Origin: an uncultured Pelagibacteraceae bacterium
Lineage (GTDB): Bacteria > Pseudomonadota > Alphaproteobacteria > Pelagibacterales > Pelagibacteraceae
NCBI GenBank assembly: GCA_902552475.1
Contig: CACDJC010000003.1
Location: forward strand, 8,957 to 72,956
Direction of reading: 5' to 3'
Length of the DNA: 64,000 nucleotides
This document shows, piece by piece, positions 8,766 to 18,709 of the stretch. How positions within the stretch are numbered: the first letter of the stretch is position 1; every line of letters starts with the position of its first letter. A program made the position numbers and the translations under genes. Under the pieces are notes generated by a model, which did not search any database, was not told the DNA's origin, and saw nothing but the letters and a program-made list of their open reading frames with translations.

Positions 8766-10385
8766 ATGAGATTTAATATTTGGTATTTAGCTTCTTTTTT
8801 AATTTCGATAACAGTTGTAATTCCAATTGCCGTTGTATTTACAAGTTTTTTTGAGGATACATCTAATTATTTTGAAATTCTTAAACAAACTTTTTTTCTA
8901 GAATATGTATTTAATTCATTAGTTCTACTTATTGGAGTTTTATTTTTAACATTTTTTTTAGGAGTAGGTTCTGCATATATAGTTTCTTTTTATGAGTTTC
9001 CTGGTGCAAATTTTTTTAAATGGGCTTTAATATTGTCTTTTGCTGTACCACCATACATTTATGCATATTCTTTGTTTGCTTTCTTTGAAAATTATGGAAC
9101 AGCATTTACAATCTTAAAATATTTGTTTGGGGAAGGAAATTATAATAAGTATATTCCAAAACCAGACGGTATGTTTGGTCTAGTATTATCAATTTCTTTC
9201 TCTCTGTATGCATATGTATACATTCTTGCAAGATCTTCATTTTTATATCAATCACAAAGTTCAATTGAATTAGGTAGGAATCTAGGTTTTTCAAAATTGA
9301 AATCTTTTTATTCAATAATATTGCCCGCAGCACGACCAGCAATAGTTGCTGGCTTGTTATTAGTAGCAATGGAAACATTAGCTGAATTTGGAGCTGTAGA
9401 TTTTTTTTCTGTAAACACTTTAACAACTGGTATTTATAATGCGTGGATATCTTTTGATGACTTGGCATTCGCAAATAGAATATCTTTTTTTCTTTTATTA
9501 TTTATTTTTATTTTGTTTTTAACTGAAAACTTATCAAGAAAAAAAGCAAAGTATCACTTAGAAGCAAAAGGTGGTTTTAAGAAAAAGAAAAAAATCAGGT
9601 TATTTGGAGCGAAATCTTTTTTTGCTTTTATGTTTTGTTTTATTTTATTCTTTTTAAGTTTTATATTTCCTCTAAGCCAAATGTTGTATTGGACAATTAA
9701 ATTTCCTGAAAACTTAATAGGCTTTCAAGTAATTGAACTTTTGTTAAATACTTTATTTCTAGTTTTTTTATCAAGCTTAGTTTTAATATTTTTTGCTTTA
9801 ATATCCAATTATGGAAATAGAGTTTCAAATAAAAAAATTTTAAACATATTATCTACTTTATCAATTTCTGGCTATGCAATACCTGGAGTAATTCTTGCCA
9901 TAGCTTTTATTACTTTTGTCGCTTGGTTTGATGAAAATATAATTCAAGCTTTAGGATTTTTATCAATAAAAAAAATATTTATTGGTTCTGTTTTAGGACT
10001 AGTTTTAGTTTATTTTGTTAGATTTTATTCTTTAGCATTTAATGGAATCAAATCAGGATATGAAAAAATGAATATAGCAGTTGATGAAAGTGCTTACCTT
10101 CTTGGGTATTCTAAAAGAAAAACCTTTTTTAATATTCATATTCCTTATTTAAGAAATTCACTTTTATTTGTTGTTATATTAATTTCATTGGAAATTATTA
10201 GAGAATTGCCAATTACACTTATTATGAGACCTTTTAATTTTGAAACATTTGCTACCACTGCTTATATCTCTGCGTCTGAGGATTTATTAGAGGCTGCTGC
10301 TGTACCATCTTTATGTTTAATAATTATTGCAAGTTTCTTTATTTTACTTACATCTAAATATATTTTAAGAGAAAACAGTGAATAA
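8766..10385 (+). CDS. Fe(III) ABC transporter permease
   Basis: Duplicated hydrophobic BPD_transp domains, PAARPAIVAGLLLVAMETLAEFG, RPFNFETFAT. Confidence 0.92.
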   Translation: MRFNIWYLASFLISITVVIPIAVVFTSFFEDTSNYFEILKQTFFLEYVFNSLVLLIGVLFLTFFLGVGSAYIVSFYEFPGANFFKWALILSFAVPPYIYAYSLFAFFENYGTAFTILKYLFGEGNYNKYIPKPDGMFGLVLSISFSLYAYVYILARSSFLYQSQSSIELGRNLGFSKLKSFYSIILPAARPAIVAGLLLVAMETLAEFGAVDFFSVNTLTTGIYNAWISFDDLAFANRISFFLLLFIFILFLTENLSRKKAKYHLEAKGGFKKKKKIRLFGAKSFFAFMFCFILFFLSFIFPLSQMLYWTIKFPENLIGFQVIELLLNTLFLVFLSSLVLIFFALISNYGNRVSNKKILNILSTLSISGYAIPGVILAIAFITFVAWFDENIIQALGFLSIKKIFIGSVLGLVLVYFVRFYSLAFNGIKSGYEKMNIAVDESAYLLGYSKRKTFFNIHIPYLRNSLLFVVILISLEIIRELPITLIMRPFNFETFATTAYISASEDLLEAAAVPSLCLIIIASFFILLTSKYILRENSE

Positions 10386-11439
10386 AAATTTTTTTGAAAT
10401 TATAAACACAACATTTAAAGCCGGAGGTTTAAACAAGGTAAACAATGTATCTTTTTCAATTGAAAAAGAGGGTGATATTGTTTGTCTTCTAGGACCTTCT
10501 GGTATAGGAAAAACTACTATTCTTAGATCAATAGCAGGGTTGGAAAAAATAGAATCTGGAGAAATAAAACTAAGAGGAAAAACTCTTTCGTCTAAAAACA
10601 TAAATATTGAACCAGAGGATCGTAATATATCACTATCTTTTCAAGAAAATTCTTTATTTCCACATTACACAGTTGAAGAAAATATTAATTTAGGAAAAGA
10701 AAGAAAAAACTCAGGTAAAAAAAAGAAAATAAATGTGAATAAGATTATAAAATTACTTAATATAGGAAAAATATTAAAACATTACCCTCACCAAATCAGT
10801 GCTGGAGAAGCGCAAAGAGTTTCTCTTGCTAGATCATTAGCTTCTCAGCCAGACCTTTTGCTTTTGGATGAACCATTATCTAATGTTGATCAAAGTTTTA
10901 AAGAAGAAATACAAGTACAATTAAAACAACTTCTTAAAGATTTAAAAATAACTACCATAATTGTCACTCATGATTCATATGAAGCTTTTTATTTAGGAAA
11001 TAAATGTGGAATAATTTTAAATAAACAACTTAAACAATTTGATGACCCATACAATGTTTATCATTTTCCAAACTCTATTGAAGTTGTCAATTTTCTTAAT
11101 AGAGGTATTTTAATTCCTGCAAAAGTTACAGGTGAGAATAGTTTAGAAAATAAAGATTTAGGAACAATTAAAGGAAATTTTATAAAACATTATAAAAAAG
11201 GCACAGATGTTAAATTACTATTACAGCCAGAAGATTTAGAGCATGACGATCAAAGTAATTTAAAATTAGAAGTTGTTGATAGAAAATTTAGAGGTACAAA
11301 TTTTATTTATACTTTAAAAACCAATAGTAATCTTTTAATACCAGTATTTGTGCATTCTCACCATATTCATCAACATGAGGTTGATGAAAAATTTGGAATT
11401 AAACGACCTATAAATATTGACCACATAGTATGTTTTTAA
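10378..11439 (+). CDS. Fe(III) ABC transporter ATP-binding protein
   Basis: Walker A GPSGIGKT, signature ISAGEAQRV, LLLDEP, His-rich C-terminal HSHHIHQH. Confidence 0.92.
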   Translation: MNKNFFEIINTTFKAGGLNKVNNVSFSIEKEGDIVCLLGPSGIGKTTILRSIAGLEKIESGEIKLRGKTLSSKNINIEPEDRNISLSFQENSLFPHYTVEENINLGKERKNSGKKKKINVNKIIKLLNIGKILKHYPHQISAGEAQRVSLARSLASQPDLLLLDEPLSNVDQSFKEEIQVQLKQLLKDLKITTIIVTHDSYEAFYLGNKCGIILNKQLKQFDDPYNVYHFPNSIEVVNFLNRGILIPAKVTGENSLENKDLGTIKGNFIKHYKKGTDVKLLLQPEDLEHDDQSNLKLEVVDRKFRGTNFIYTLKTNSNLLIPVFVHSHHIHQHEVDEKFGIKRPINIDHIVCF

Positions 11440-11475
11440 GTATAAACTTCTTATTTTCATAATATATTATTAAAA

Positions 11476-13917
11476 ATGACTAAAGAATTACCAAAAAGTA
11501 CCAAGGTTGTTGTTATCGGAGGAGGTGTTGCCGGTACATCATGTGCATACCATCTTGCAAAATTTGGATGGAAAGATGTAATCCTATTAGAGAGAGATCA
11601 GTTAACATCAGGTACAACATGGCATGCTGCTGGATTAGTAGGTCAATTAGGAGCAAGCTCAACAATTACAAAATTAAGAAAATATTCTTTAGATCTATAT
11701 AAAGAGTTAGAAAAATCAACTGGACTATCAACTGGGCTTAAACAAAACGGAGCGATAACCGTAGCTTCAAGCAAAGAAAGAATGCAAGAACTTCTAAGAC
11801 AAGCTACAACTGCCCAATTGTCAGATGTTGAGGTTGAGGTTTTGAACCAAAAAAGAATTAAAGAACTTTACCCCGTGATTAAAGACGAAGATTTAGTTGG
11901 TGGGGTTTATATGCCAAAGGACGGCCAAGCAGATCCTGTTGGAGTTACAAATGTTTTAGCCAAAGCTGCTACAATGGAAGGTGTTAAAATATTTGAAAAG
12001 ACGCCAGTTAACAAAATACTAATAAAAAATAAAAGAATTTCCGGTGTTGAAACGAGCAAAGGAAAAATTGATTGTGAATATGTTGTTTTAGCATCAGGAA
12101 TGTGGTCTAGACAAATTGGTGAGGATATTGGTGTTAGCGTTCCATTATATCCTAATGAGCATTTTTATGTAATTACAGAGCCAATGAAAGATCTTCCAAA
12201 AGATTTACCAGTTCTTCGAGATTATAATGCTTGCCTGTATTTAAAAGAAGATGCTGGAAAAATGCTAGTAGGTATTTTTGAACCAAATGCTAAACCAGCA
12301 TTTAAAGAAAGTGGAAAGGTGCCAGATGATTTTTCATTTGGAGAATTTCCTGATGATTTTGATCATTTTGAACCTTATTTAGAAAAATCTTTTCATAGAC
12401 TGCCAATGTTAGAAACAGCAGGTATTAGAAAGTTTTTTTCAGGACCAGAATCTTTTACACCTGACACTCAATATCTATTAGGCGAAACGCCAGAAGTAAA
12501 AAATTTTTACACATGCTGTGGTTTCAATAGTATTGGAATTGCAAGCTCAGGAGGAGCGGGAAGAGTTACAGCCGAGTGGATGATAAATGGTCATATTAAT
12601 GAGGACTTATTTTCTTTAGATATAAAAAGATTTCAAAATTTTCATTCCTCAAAAAAATTTATTATGGAAAGGGTAACCGAAACTCTCGGAGATCTTTATG
12701 GTATGCATTGGCCTTATAAACAACATTCTACATCTAGAAATCAAAAATTACTTCCATATCATGATGAATTAAAAAAAGCCGGAGCATGTTTTGGTGTTGC
12801 CGGAGGCTTCGAAAGACCAATGTGGTACTCTTTAAATGGAGAAGAGCCAAATTACAATTATAGCTTTAATTACCAGAATTGGTACCCGTCGGCAAAACAT
12901 GAAACGATAAATGCCAGAAAAAATGTTGGCTTATTTGATTTTTCAACTTTTTCTAAATTTGACCTAAAAGGAGAAAAAACGCATAGCGAATTACAAAGAA
13001 TTTGCACTGCTAATATTAAAAATGAAATAGGAAAATCTACATATACTCATATGTTAAATGAAGACGGAGGTATCGAAACAGATCTAACAATTGTTTGTAT
13101 GGATAAAAACTATTTTAGAGTAGTTAGTTCTGCCGCAACTAGAGAGCATGATAAATTTCATATTTTAAAATATCTTTCAGAAGAAGTTAGTTTTGAAGAT
13201 GTTACCGAAGAAGTGTGTTGTCTAGGTTTGTTTGGTCCAAAAAGTAGAGAAATGATTCAAAAAATTAGTAATGATGACTTTACATCTGAAAATTTTAAAT
13301 TTGGAACAGCAAAATACGTCATTATTAAAAATTTAAAAGTTTGGGCTCAAAGAATATCATATGTGGGTGAACTAGGTTTTGAATTATATATTGATAGTAA
13401 AAATTCCTTAGAATTATACAAAATTTTGATTGATGAGGGTAAAAATTTTGATTTATCTCACTGTGGAATGCATGCTATGGATATTATGAGAATGGAAAGT
13501 GGCTTTGTTCACTGGGGTCATGATATTTCACCTGAAGAAAATCAATATCAAGCAGGTTTAAGATTTGCGATTAGCTTCAAAAAAAATGTTAATTTTATTG
13601 GCAAAGATGCTTTGTTGAAAATTAAAGATAATAAATTAGATAAAAAAATGACAATGTTTACTTTCAAAGATAGCAAACCTGGCGAACCTCTATTGTTACA
13701 TGAGGAACCAATTTATTTAGAAGATAAAATAATTGGAAGAACTACATCTGGAAATTATTCTTTTTGTTATGACAAAAACTTATCTTTTGGATATGTAAAT
13801 TCAGGAAATTCAATTGAAACCCTAAAAGATAAAAATATATATATCGAGGTTGAAAAGAAAAAATATCCTGTAGAAATTTTAGAAAAACCTTTAAACCAAA
13901 AAAATTATAGAGATTAA
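11476..13917 (+). CDS. GcvT-family FAD/folate-dependent dehydrogenase (dimethylglycine/sarcosine dehydrogenase-like)
   Basis: GGGVAG, LTSGTTWHAAG, GPESFTPD, C-terminal GcvT domain SYVGELGFELY; substrate not determinable. Confidence 0.88.
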   Translation: MTKELPKSTKVVVIGGGVAGTSCAYHLAKFGWKDVILLERDQLTSGTTWHAAGLVGQLGASSTITKLRKYSLDLYKELEKSTGLSTGLKQNGAITVASSKERMQELLRQATTAQLSDVEVEVLNQKRIKELYPVIKDEDLVGGVYMPKDGQADPVGVTNVLAKAATMEGVKIFEKTPVNKILIKNKRISGVETSKGKIDCEYVVLASGMWSRQIGEDIGVSVPLYPNEHFYVITEPMKDLPKDLPVLRDYNACLYLKEDAGKMLVGIFEPNAKPAFKESGKVPDDFSFGEFPDDFDHFEPYLEKSFHRLPMLETAGIRKFFSGPESFTPDTQYLLGETPEVKNFYTCCGFNSIGIASSGGAGRVTAEWMINGHINEDLFSLDIKRFQNFHSSKKFIMERVTETLGDLYGMHWPYKQHSTSRNQKLLPYHDELKKAGACFGVAGGFERPMWYSLNGEEPNYNYSFNYQNWYPSAKHETINARKNVGLFDFSTFSKFDLKGEKTHSELQRICTANIKNEIGKSTYTHMLNEDGGIETDLTIVCMDKNYFRVVSSAATREHDKFHILKYLSEEVSFEDVTEEVCCLGLFGPKSREMIQKISNDDFTSENFKFGTAKYVIIKNLKVWAQRISYVGELGFELYIDSKNSLELYKILIDEGKNFDLSHCGMHAMDIMRMESGFVHWGHDISPEENQYQAGLRFAISFKKNVNFIGKDALLKIKDNKLDKKMTMFTFKDSKPGEPLLLHEEPIYLEDKIIGRTTSGNYSFCYDKNLSFGYVNSGNSIETLKDKNIYIEVEKKKYPVEILEKPLNQKNYRD

Positions 13918-13918
13918 T

Positions 13919-14953
13919 TTACTGTGTAAAGGTATCGTTAAATTGTCTTGTTACTCTTACAAAGGTCGTACATTTGCTTAATTGCTTTAAAGAAGGAGCT
14001 CCTACATATGTGCAACTACTTCTAATTCCACCAAGAATATCTTGAATTGTGTCTTTTATTTTTCCTCTATATTTAACTCTAACAGTTCTTCCTTCACTAC
14101 TTCTATAATTAGATAGACCACCATAATGTTTTTTATTTGCTGTTTCAGAACTAGAACCATAAAATTCTATATATTTAGATCCATTTGATTTTACAATTTT
14201 GCCTTTGCCTTCGTCATGACCCGCAAACATTCCACCAAGCATAACAAAATCTGCTCCTCCACCAAATCCTTTTGCAACATCTCCAGGACAAGTGCAACCT
14301 CCATCTGCTATCATGTGCGCACCTAATCCATGTGCTGCATCAGCACATTCCATCACTGCACTTAACTGCGGATACCCCACACCAGTTTGTATTCTAGTTG
14401 TACAAACACTACCAGGACCGATACCTACTTTTACAATATCAGCACCAGACAGAATTAATTCTTGTGTCATATCAGCTGTCACCACATTTCCAGCTATAAT
14501 TGTTTTGGTTGGAAATTTATCTCTAACTGATTTTATAAACTTGCTAAAGTATTCCGTATATCCATTAGCAACATCAATACAAATAAACTTTATAAATCCA
14601 AACTCCTTTAAAATTTTAACTAAATTTTCAAAGTCTTTTTTTTTAGTTCCAATACTTATTGCAATATTTTGATATATTGATTTTATTTTTTTATATTGTT
14701 TTAATTTTTTTACATCATGCTGTTTAGTTAAACATGTAACCATTCCATATTCAGATAATTTTTCAGCTATACCTAACTCACCAACACCATCCATATTTGC
14801 AGCCATAATTGGAATGCCCGACCATTCATTATTGCTATATTTGAATTTGTAGGTTCTTTTAAGATTTACATCCTTACGGCTTTGAAGGGTACTTCTTTTT
14901 GGTCTAAAAAGTACGTCTGAGTAGTCTAGTTTAAGATCTTCTTCAATTCTCAC
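13919..14953 (-). CDS. guaC: GMP reductase
   Basis: KLDYSDVLFRPKRSTL, AANMD, CIDVANGY, GIGPGSVCTTR, YRSSEG; GTG start. Confidence 0.95.
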   Translation of the reverse strand: MRIEEDLKLDYSDVLFRPKRSTLQSRKDVNLKRTYKFKYSNNEWSGIPIMAANMDGVGELGIAEKLSEYGMVTCLTKQHDVKKLKQYKKIKSIYQNIAISIGTKKKDFENLVKILKEFGFIKFICIDVANGYTEYFSKFIKSVRDKFPTKTIIAGNVVTADMTQELILSGADIVKVGIGPGSVCTTRIQTGVGYPQLSAVMECADAAHGLGAHMIADGGCTCPGDVAKGFGGGADFVMLGGMFAGHDEGKGKIVKSNGSKYIEFYGSSSETANKKHYGGLSNYRSSEGRTVRVKYRGKIKDTIQDILGGIRSSCTYVGAPSLKQLSKCTTFVRVTRQFNDTFTQ

Positions 14954-15080
14954 AAATCCGAACTTATACAGAGAGTGTTTAAAAATTCAAATTAAATATC
15001 AATGATATTAACATCAAATTATCCGCTATTTACAACCTTTTGTTGATGCTTATAAAAACTTTAAATGTTAAAATATTTTC

Positions 15081-15956
15081 ATGTTTAAAGGTTTTAAAAA
15101 AAAATTTATTAAAGTTAAAAAAGGTAAAATATTTTGTAGGATTGGTGGAGAAGGAAAACCTTTACTTTTATTACATGGATATCCTCAAACACATTTAATG
15201 TGGCACAAGACAGCCTCTCAACTTTCAAAAAAATTTACAGTTGTTGCTGCTGATTTAAGAGGGTACGGATATAGTTTTGCCCCAACTGGAGACCACAAAC
15301 ATGTAAATTATTCAAAAAGAGAAATGGCTAGCGACATGACACAAATGATGAACAATCTCGGTTTTAAAAAATTTTTCTTAGCTGGACATGATAGAGGTGG
15401 GAGAGTGGCCCATAGAATGGCTAGAGATCATAGAGATAAAATTATTGCAATGAGTGTTTTAGATATTTGTCCTACATTAGATATGTATGAACAAACAAAA
15501 AAAGAATTTGCAAAAGCATATTTTCATTGGTTTTTTTTAATACAACCTAAGTTTCTTCCAGAAAAAATGATTAAAAGCGATCCAAGAAAATGGTTGAAAA
15601 GTTGTTTAGATAAATGGTCTGGAAAACACAAATTTGGGAAAGTTGAAGAAGCTTATTTAAAATGTTTCAAGCAGTTTAAGAGAATTCATGGATCATGTGA
15701 AGATTATAGAGCTTCAGCAACAATAGATTTAGAGCATGATAAAAAAGATAGAAATAAAAAGTTAAATATTCCAATTCAAGTTTTATGGGGAAAAAAAGGA
15801 GTTATTGGAAAACAATTTAAACCAATTAAAATTTGGCAAAAATATTCAAAAAAAAAAGTTACTGGATTTGCTATTAATTCAGGACATTTTATACCTGAAC
15901 AAAATCCAAAAGAAACTATTAAAAGATTAAAGAATTTTTTTTTAAAACATGAATAA
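15081..15956 (+). CDS. Haloacetate (fluoroacetate) dehalogenase-like alpha/beta hydrolase
   Basis: HGYPQTH, GHDRGGR (nucleophile Asp plus two Arg), YFHW, CEDYRA, GHFIPE. Confidence 0.85.
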   Translation: MFKGFKKKFIKVKKGKIFCRIGGEGKPLLLLHGYPQTHLMWHKTASQLSKKFTVVAADLRGYGYSFAPTGDHKHVNYSKREMASDMTQMMNNLGFKKFFLAGHDRGGRVAHRMARDHRDKIIAMSVLDICPTLDMYEQTKKEFAKAYFHWFFLIQPKFLPEKMIKSDPRKWLKSCLDKWSGKHKFGKVEEAYLKCFKQFKRIHGSCEDYRASATIDLEHDKKDRNKKLNIPIQVLWGKKGVIGKQFKPIKIWQKYSKKKVTGFAINSGHFIPEQNPKETIKRLKNFFLKHE

Positions 15957-16857
15957 ATTTTTTTTACTATTTTTAGTCATAATTTTTTTTATTAGCAATG
16001 CCAGTGCATCAAATACTAAATTAATAAGAGGAAGTGCCTACGAAGATCAAATAAAATGGAAGTTTGTTAAATTTAATTTACCAAAAGGTAAATGGATATA
16101 TTATGCCAAGAGTGCTTGGAGTGTTTATCACTTTCGCGGAAGCTGTGCATATTTAATCTCTACTAATAAAAAAACAATCAAAGGACATTTTGAAATTTGC
16201 CATGTAGATAGTGGTGGAAAACTAAGGGCACAATTTGGAGCTTTATTACAAGGTGAATTAAAAAATAATAAATATGGAATTTGTTCATACCGTTCTGAAT
16301 TTTTTTATTCAAAATTTTTATTTAAAGGAGCAAGCACTAATTGCTTTGTAACAAGGTATATTAATTTAAAAAAAGAGCTTTTTAATCCAGATGATCCAAG
16401 TGCAGTTACAGCTAGATTAAAAAAATATATAAAAGATAATGATTTAATAATTCCAAAAAATTCAATTCAAGCTGAAAGCTTTTATTTTTCTAATAGGAGA
16501 GATAGAGCATACTCAGTTTCTACTATTATTAATCCAGAGTTTTATGGAGCACCTAAATCTATAAATAGTTCTGGAAATGAAAGTGAATATAATCAAGCTA
16601 ATATAGACAAATATCCTATTAAGAAAAAATTTATGATGAGGTGGACAAAAAAAATGACAAATGAGCATAAATATTTAGAAAAACAAATGGAAACTAATAA
16701 TGACTTTGCATTAAATTTTTCGGATATGCCTTTGATTGAAAACAATAATCAAAATTCCGATTTAGTTGAGCAAATTAAAAAATTAGATCAACTATATAAA
16801 TCTGGAGTACTTACAAAAGATGAATTTGAAAAAGCAAAGAAAAAACTTTTAAATTAA
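15949..16857 (+). CDS. Secreted hypothetical protein with C-terminal SHOCT domain
   Basis: N-terminal signal peptide; C-terminal LVEQIKKLDQLYKSGVLTKDEFEKAKKKLL. Confidence 0.75.
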   Translation: MNKFFLLFLVIIFFISNASASNTKLIRGSAYEDQIKWKFVKFNLPKGKWIYYAKSAWSVYHFRGSCAYLISTNKKTIKGHFEICHVDSGGKLRAQFGALLQGELKNNKYGICSYRSEFFYSKFLFKGASTNCFVTRYINLKKELFNPDDPSAVTARLKKYIKDNDLIIPKNSIQAESFYFSNRRDRAYSVSTIINPEFYGAPKSINSSGNESEYNQANIDKYPIKKKFMMRWTKKMTNEHKYLEKQMETNNDFALNFSDMPLIENNNQNSDLVEQIKKLDQLYKSGVLTKDEFEKAKKKLLN

Positions 16858-16860
16858 AAT

Positions 16861-17655
16861 ATGTTTAAAATAATTCCTAATAAAAACAATACCGCAGCTG
16901 AAATTTTTTGTGATATTAAAAAAATAAAATCAAAAGAATTAAAAAAAATAAAATCAGCATTAAATAATTTTGGAATGATTTATTTTAGAAGACAAAATTT
17001 AACTTCAAAAAATTATTTAAATTTTGCAAAAAAATTCGGCAAACTTGCTGACTATCCAAGATTAAAAGGTTTAAGTTCTAAATATTCAAAAATTACAGTT
17101 GTTCAAAGAAAGAAAACCGACAAAGGACCAAGTTTTGGTGAACAATTTCATACTGATTCAATTTATACAAAAAAACCTCCTAAATTTACAATGTTACTCT
17201 CTAAGATAGTTCCAAGAAAAGGTTTGGCTAATACAGAATTTTCTTCTCAATATTTAGCATACAAAAATCTTCCAAAAAATATTAAGAAAAAAATCAAAGA
17301 TTTAAAAGCAGTTTATTCTTCTGAAGGACCAATATCTATAACAAGATTGGAAAGAGAAAAAGAAAAAGGTAAAAAAATAAAAGAATTAATTTCAAAACAT
17401 AAAATTTTGAGAAAAATTAATAAAAAATATAGTATTTATTGCAGCCCAGGCCATTTTGTAAGATTTAACTCTTCAAAAAAAATAAATGCTAGAAAACTAA
17501 AAAATTTTTTATTTAAACATCAAATCAAAAAAAAATTTCAATATTCGCTTGAGTGGGAAAAAAATCAATTAGCTATATGGGATAATAGATCAATGTTGCA
17601 TCAAGCTACACCTTTTAAAGGTAATAGAGTAATGCATAGAATTACTATTCAATAG
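16861..17655 (+). CDS. TauD/TfdA-family Fe(II)/2OG dioxygenase
   Basis: FHTD (HxD), WDNRSMLH, RVMHRITI. Confidence 0.85.
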   Translation: MFKIIPNKNNTAAEIFCDIKKIKSKELKKIKSALNNFGMIYFRRQNLTSKNYLNFAKKFGKLADYPRLKGLSSKYSKITVVQRKKTDKGPSFGEQFHTDSIYTKKPPKFTMLLSKIVPRKGLANTEFSSQYLAYKNLPKNIKKKIKDLKAVYSSEGPISITRLEREKEKGKKIKELISKHKILRKINKKYSIYCSPGHFVRFNSSKKINARKLKNFLFKHQIKKKFQYSLEWEKNQLAIWDNRSMLHQATPFKGNRVMHRITIQ

Positions 17656-17659
17656 ATTT

Positions 17660-18586
17660 ATGCTTCAAATTTTTTTTGGCTTAACTCCTTTTATATTTAT
17701 TACTCTTTTAGGTTTTTTATTCGGCAAATTTAAAATTTTCAATCTTAACCATGCTAAAATTCTAAATTTATTTTTATTTTATATTGCTATACCGGCATTG
17801 ATTATAAAATTAATTGCATTAAGTGATTTTGATCAAATAGATTTTAATCAAATTACATCATACTTAATAATGCAATCAGTGTGTGGAATATTCGCTTTTT
17901 TGATTACTTCTAAATATTTTAAAAGACCAATTGCTGAGTCAATTATATGGGCTTTAACAGTAGCATTATCAAATCATGTAACACTTATATTGCCAATAAC
18001 TGAAATTTTTTTTCAAAAAGATATAGTGACTCAAGTAGCAAGTATTATTTTTATGGATAGTATAATTTTAATATCTGTAATTGCATTTTTTTTAGAATTA
18101 TCAACAAAAAGAAATGTTAAGATAATAATATTTATTAAAAATATCATTCTAAACCCAATGATATTATCAATTTTAATTGGAGTTTTCTTATTTGTTTTTA
18201 ATTTTGACATTGAGGATACTCCAATAGAATATACTTTATCCACACTTGCTTTATGCGTTTCTCCAGTAGGCCTTTTTGCAATTGGAATAATTCTTTCTTT
18301 TTATACTAAAAATGTAATCAATAAATTAACATTCTCAATTTCTGTTTTAAAATTAATAATTTCTCCTTTAATACTATTGTTAATAGGATTTTTAATATTT
18401 GATGCTGGTATTCCAAAAGAAATTCCGGGTGCTTTTTTTGTAAGTGTTGCGCCTTGTGGGTTGTCCGCATTAGCCTTTTGTGCAGCCTATAATGTTAGCC
18501 CTGAGAATATAATAAAAGCAATTTTTATTTCTACTTTTGCATCAATAGGTACAATATTTTTTGCAATTCAATATTTAACATTATAG
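17660..18586 (+). CDS. AEC (auxin efflux carrier) family transporter
   Basis: About 10 TM segments; FYIAIPAL, SN..LILPI, NPMIL, VLKLIISP. Confidence 0.8.
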   Translation: MLQIFFGLTPFIFITLLGFLFGKFKIFNLNHAKILNLFLFYIAIPALIIKLIALSDFDQIDFNQITSYLIMQSVCGIFAFLITSKYFKRPIAESIIWALTVALSNHVTLILPITEIFFQKDIVTQVASIIFMDSIILISVIAFFLELSTKRNVKIIIFIKNIILNPMILSILIGVFLFVFNFDIEDTPIEYTLSTLALCVSPVGLFAIGIILSFYTKNVINKLTFSISVLKLIISPLILLLIGFLIFDAGIPKEIPGAFFVSVAPCGLSALAFCAAYNVSPENIIKAIFISTFASIGTIFFAIQYLTL

Positions 18587-18595
18587 AATTTAAAG

Positions 18596-18709
18596 ATGTC
18601 AAAAAGATATAGTGGCAAATCATTTAAAGACGCTTCTGTAATGAAGAAAGCAAAACTTTCATTAAAAGAAAAGAGAAAAATTAAAAGAGAAAAGAAAAAT
18701 AAAAAATGA
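18596..18709 (+). CDS. Small 37-aa highly basic protein (not in ORF track)
   Basis: MSKRYSGKSFKDASVMKKAKLSLKEKRKIKREKKNKK*; fills the intergenic gap; TGA overlaps the next ATG (ATGA). Confidence 0.6.
   Translation: MSKRYSGKSFKDASVMKKAKLSLKEKRKIKREKKNKK

Noticed and set aside
11440-11475. Possible glycine riboswitch ahead of the GcvT-family gene
   Set aside because: Only 36 nt of AT-rich intergenic sequence; no room or motif for an aptamer.
14995-15009. Palindrome AATATCA-A-TGATATT between guaC and the dehalogenase gene
   Set aside because: Short and almost all A/T, so expected by chance; no cognate regulator identifiable.
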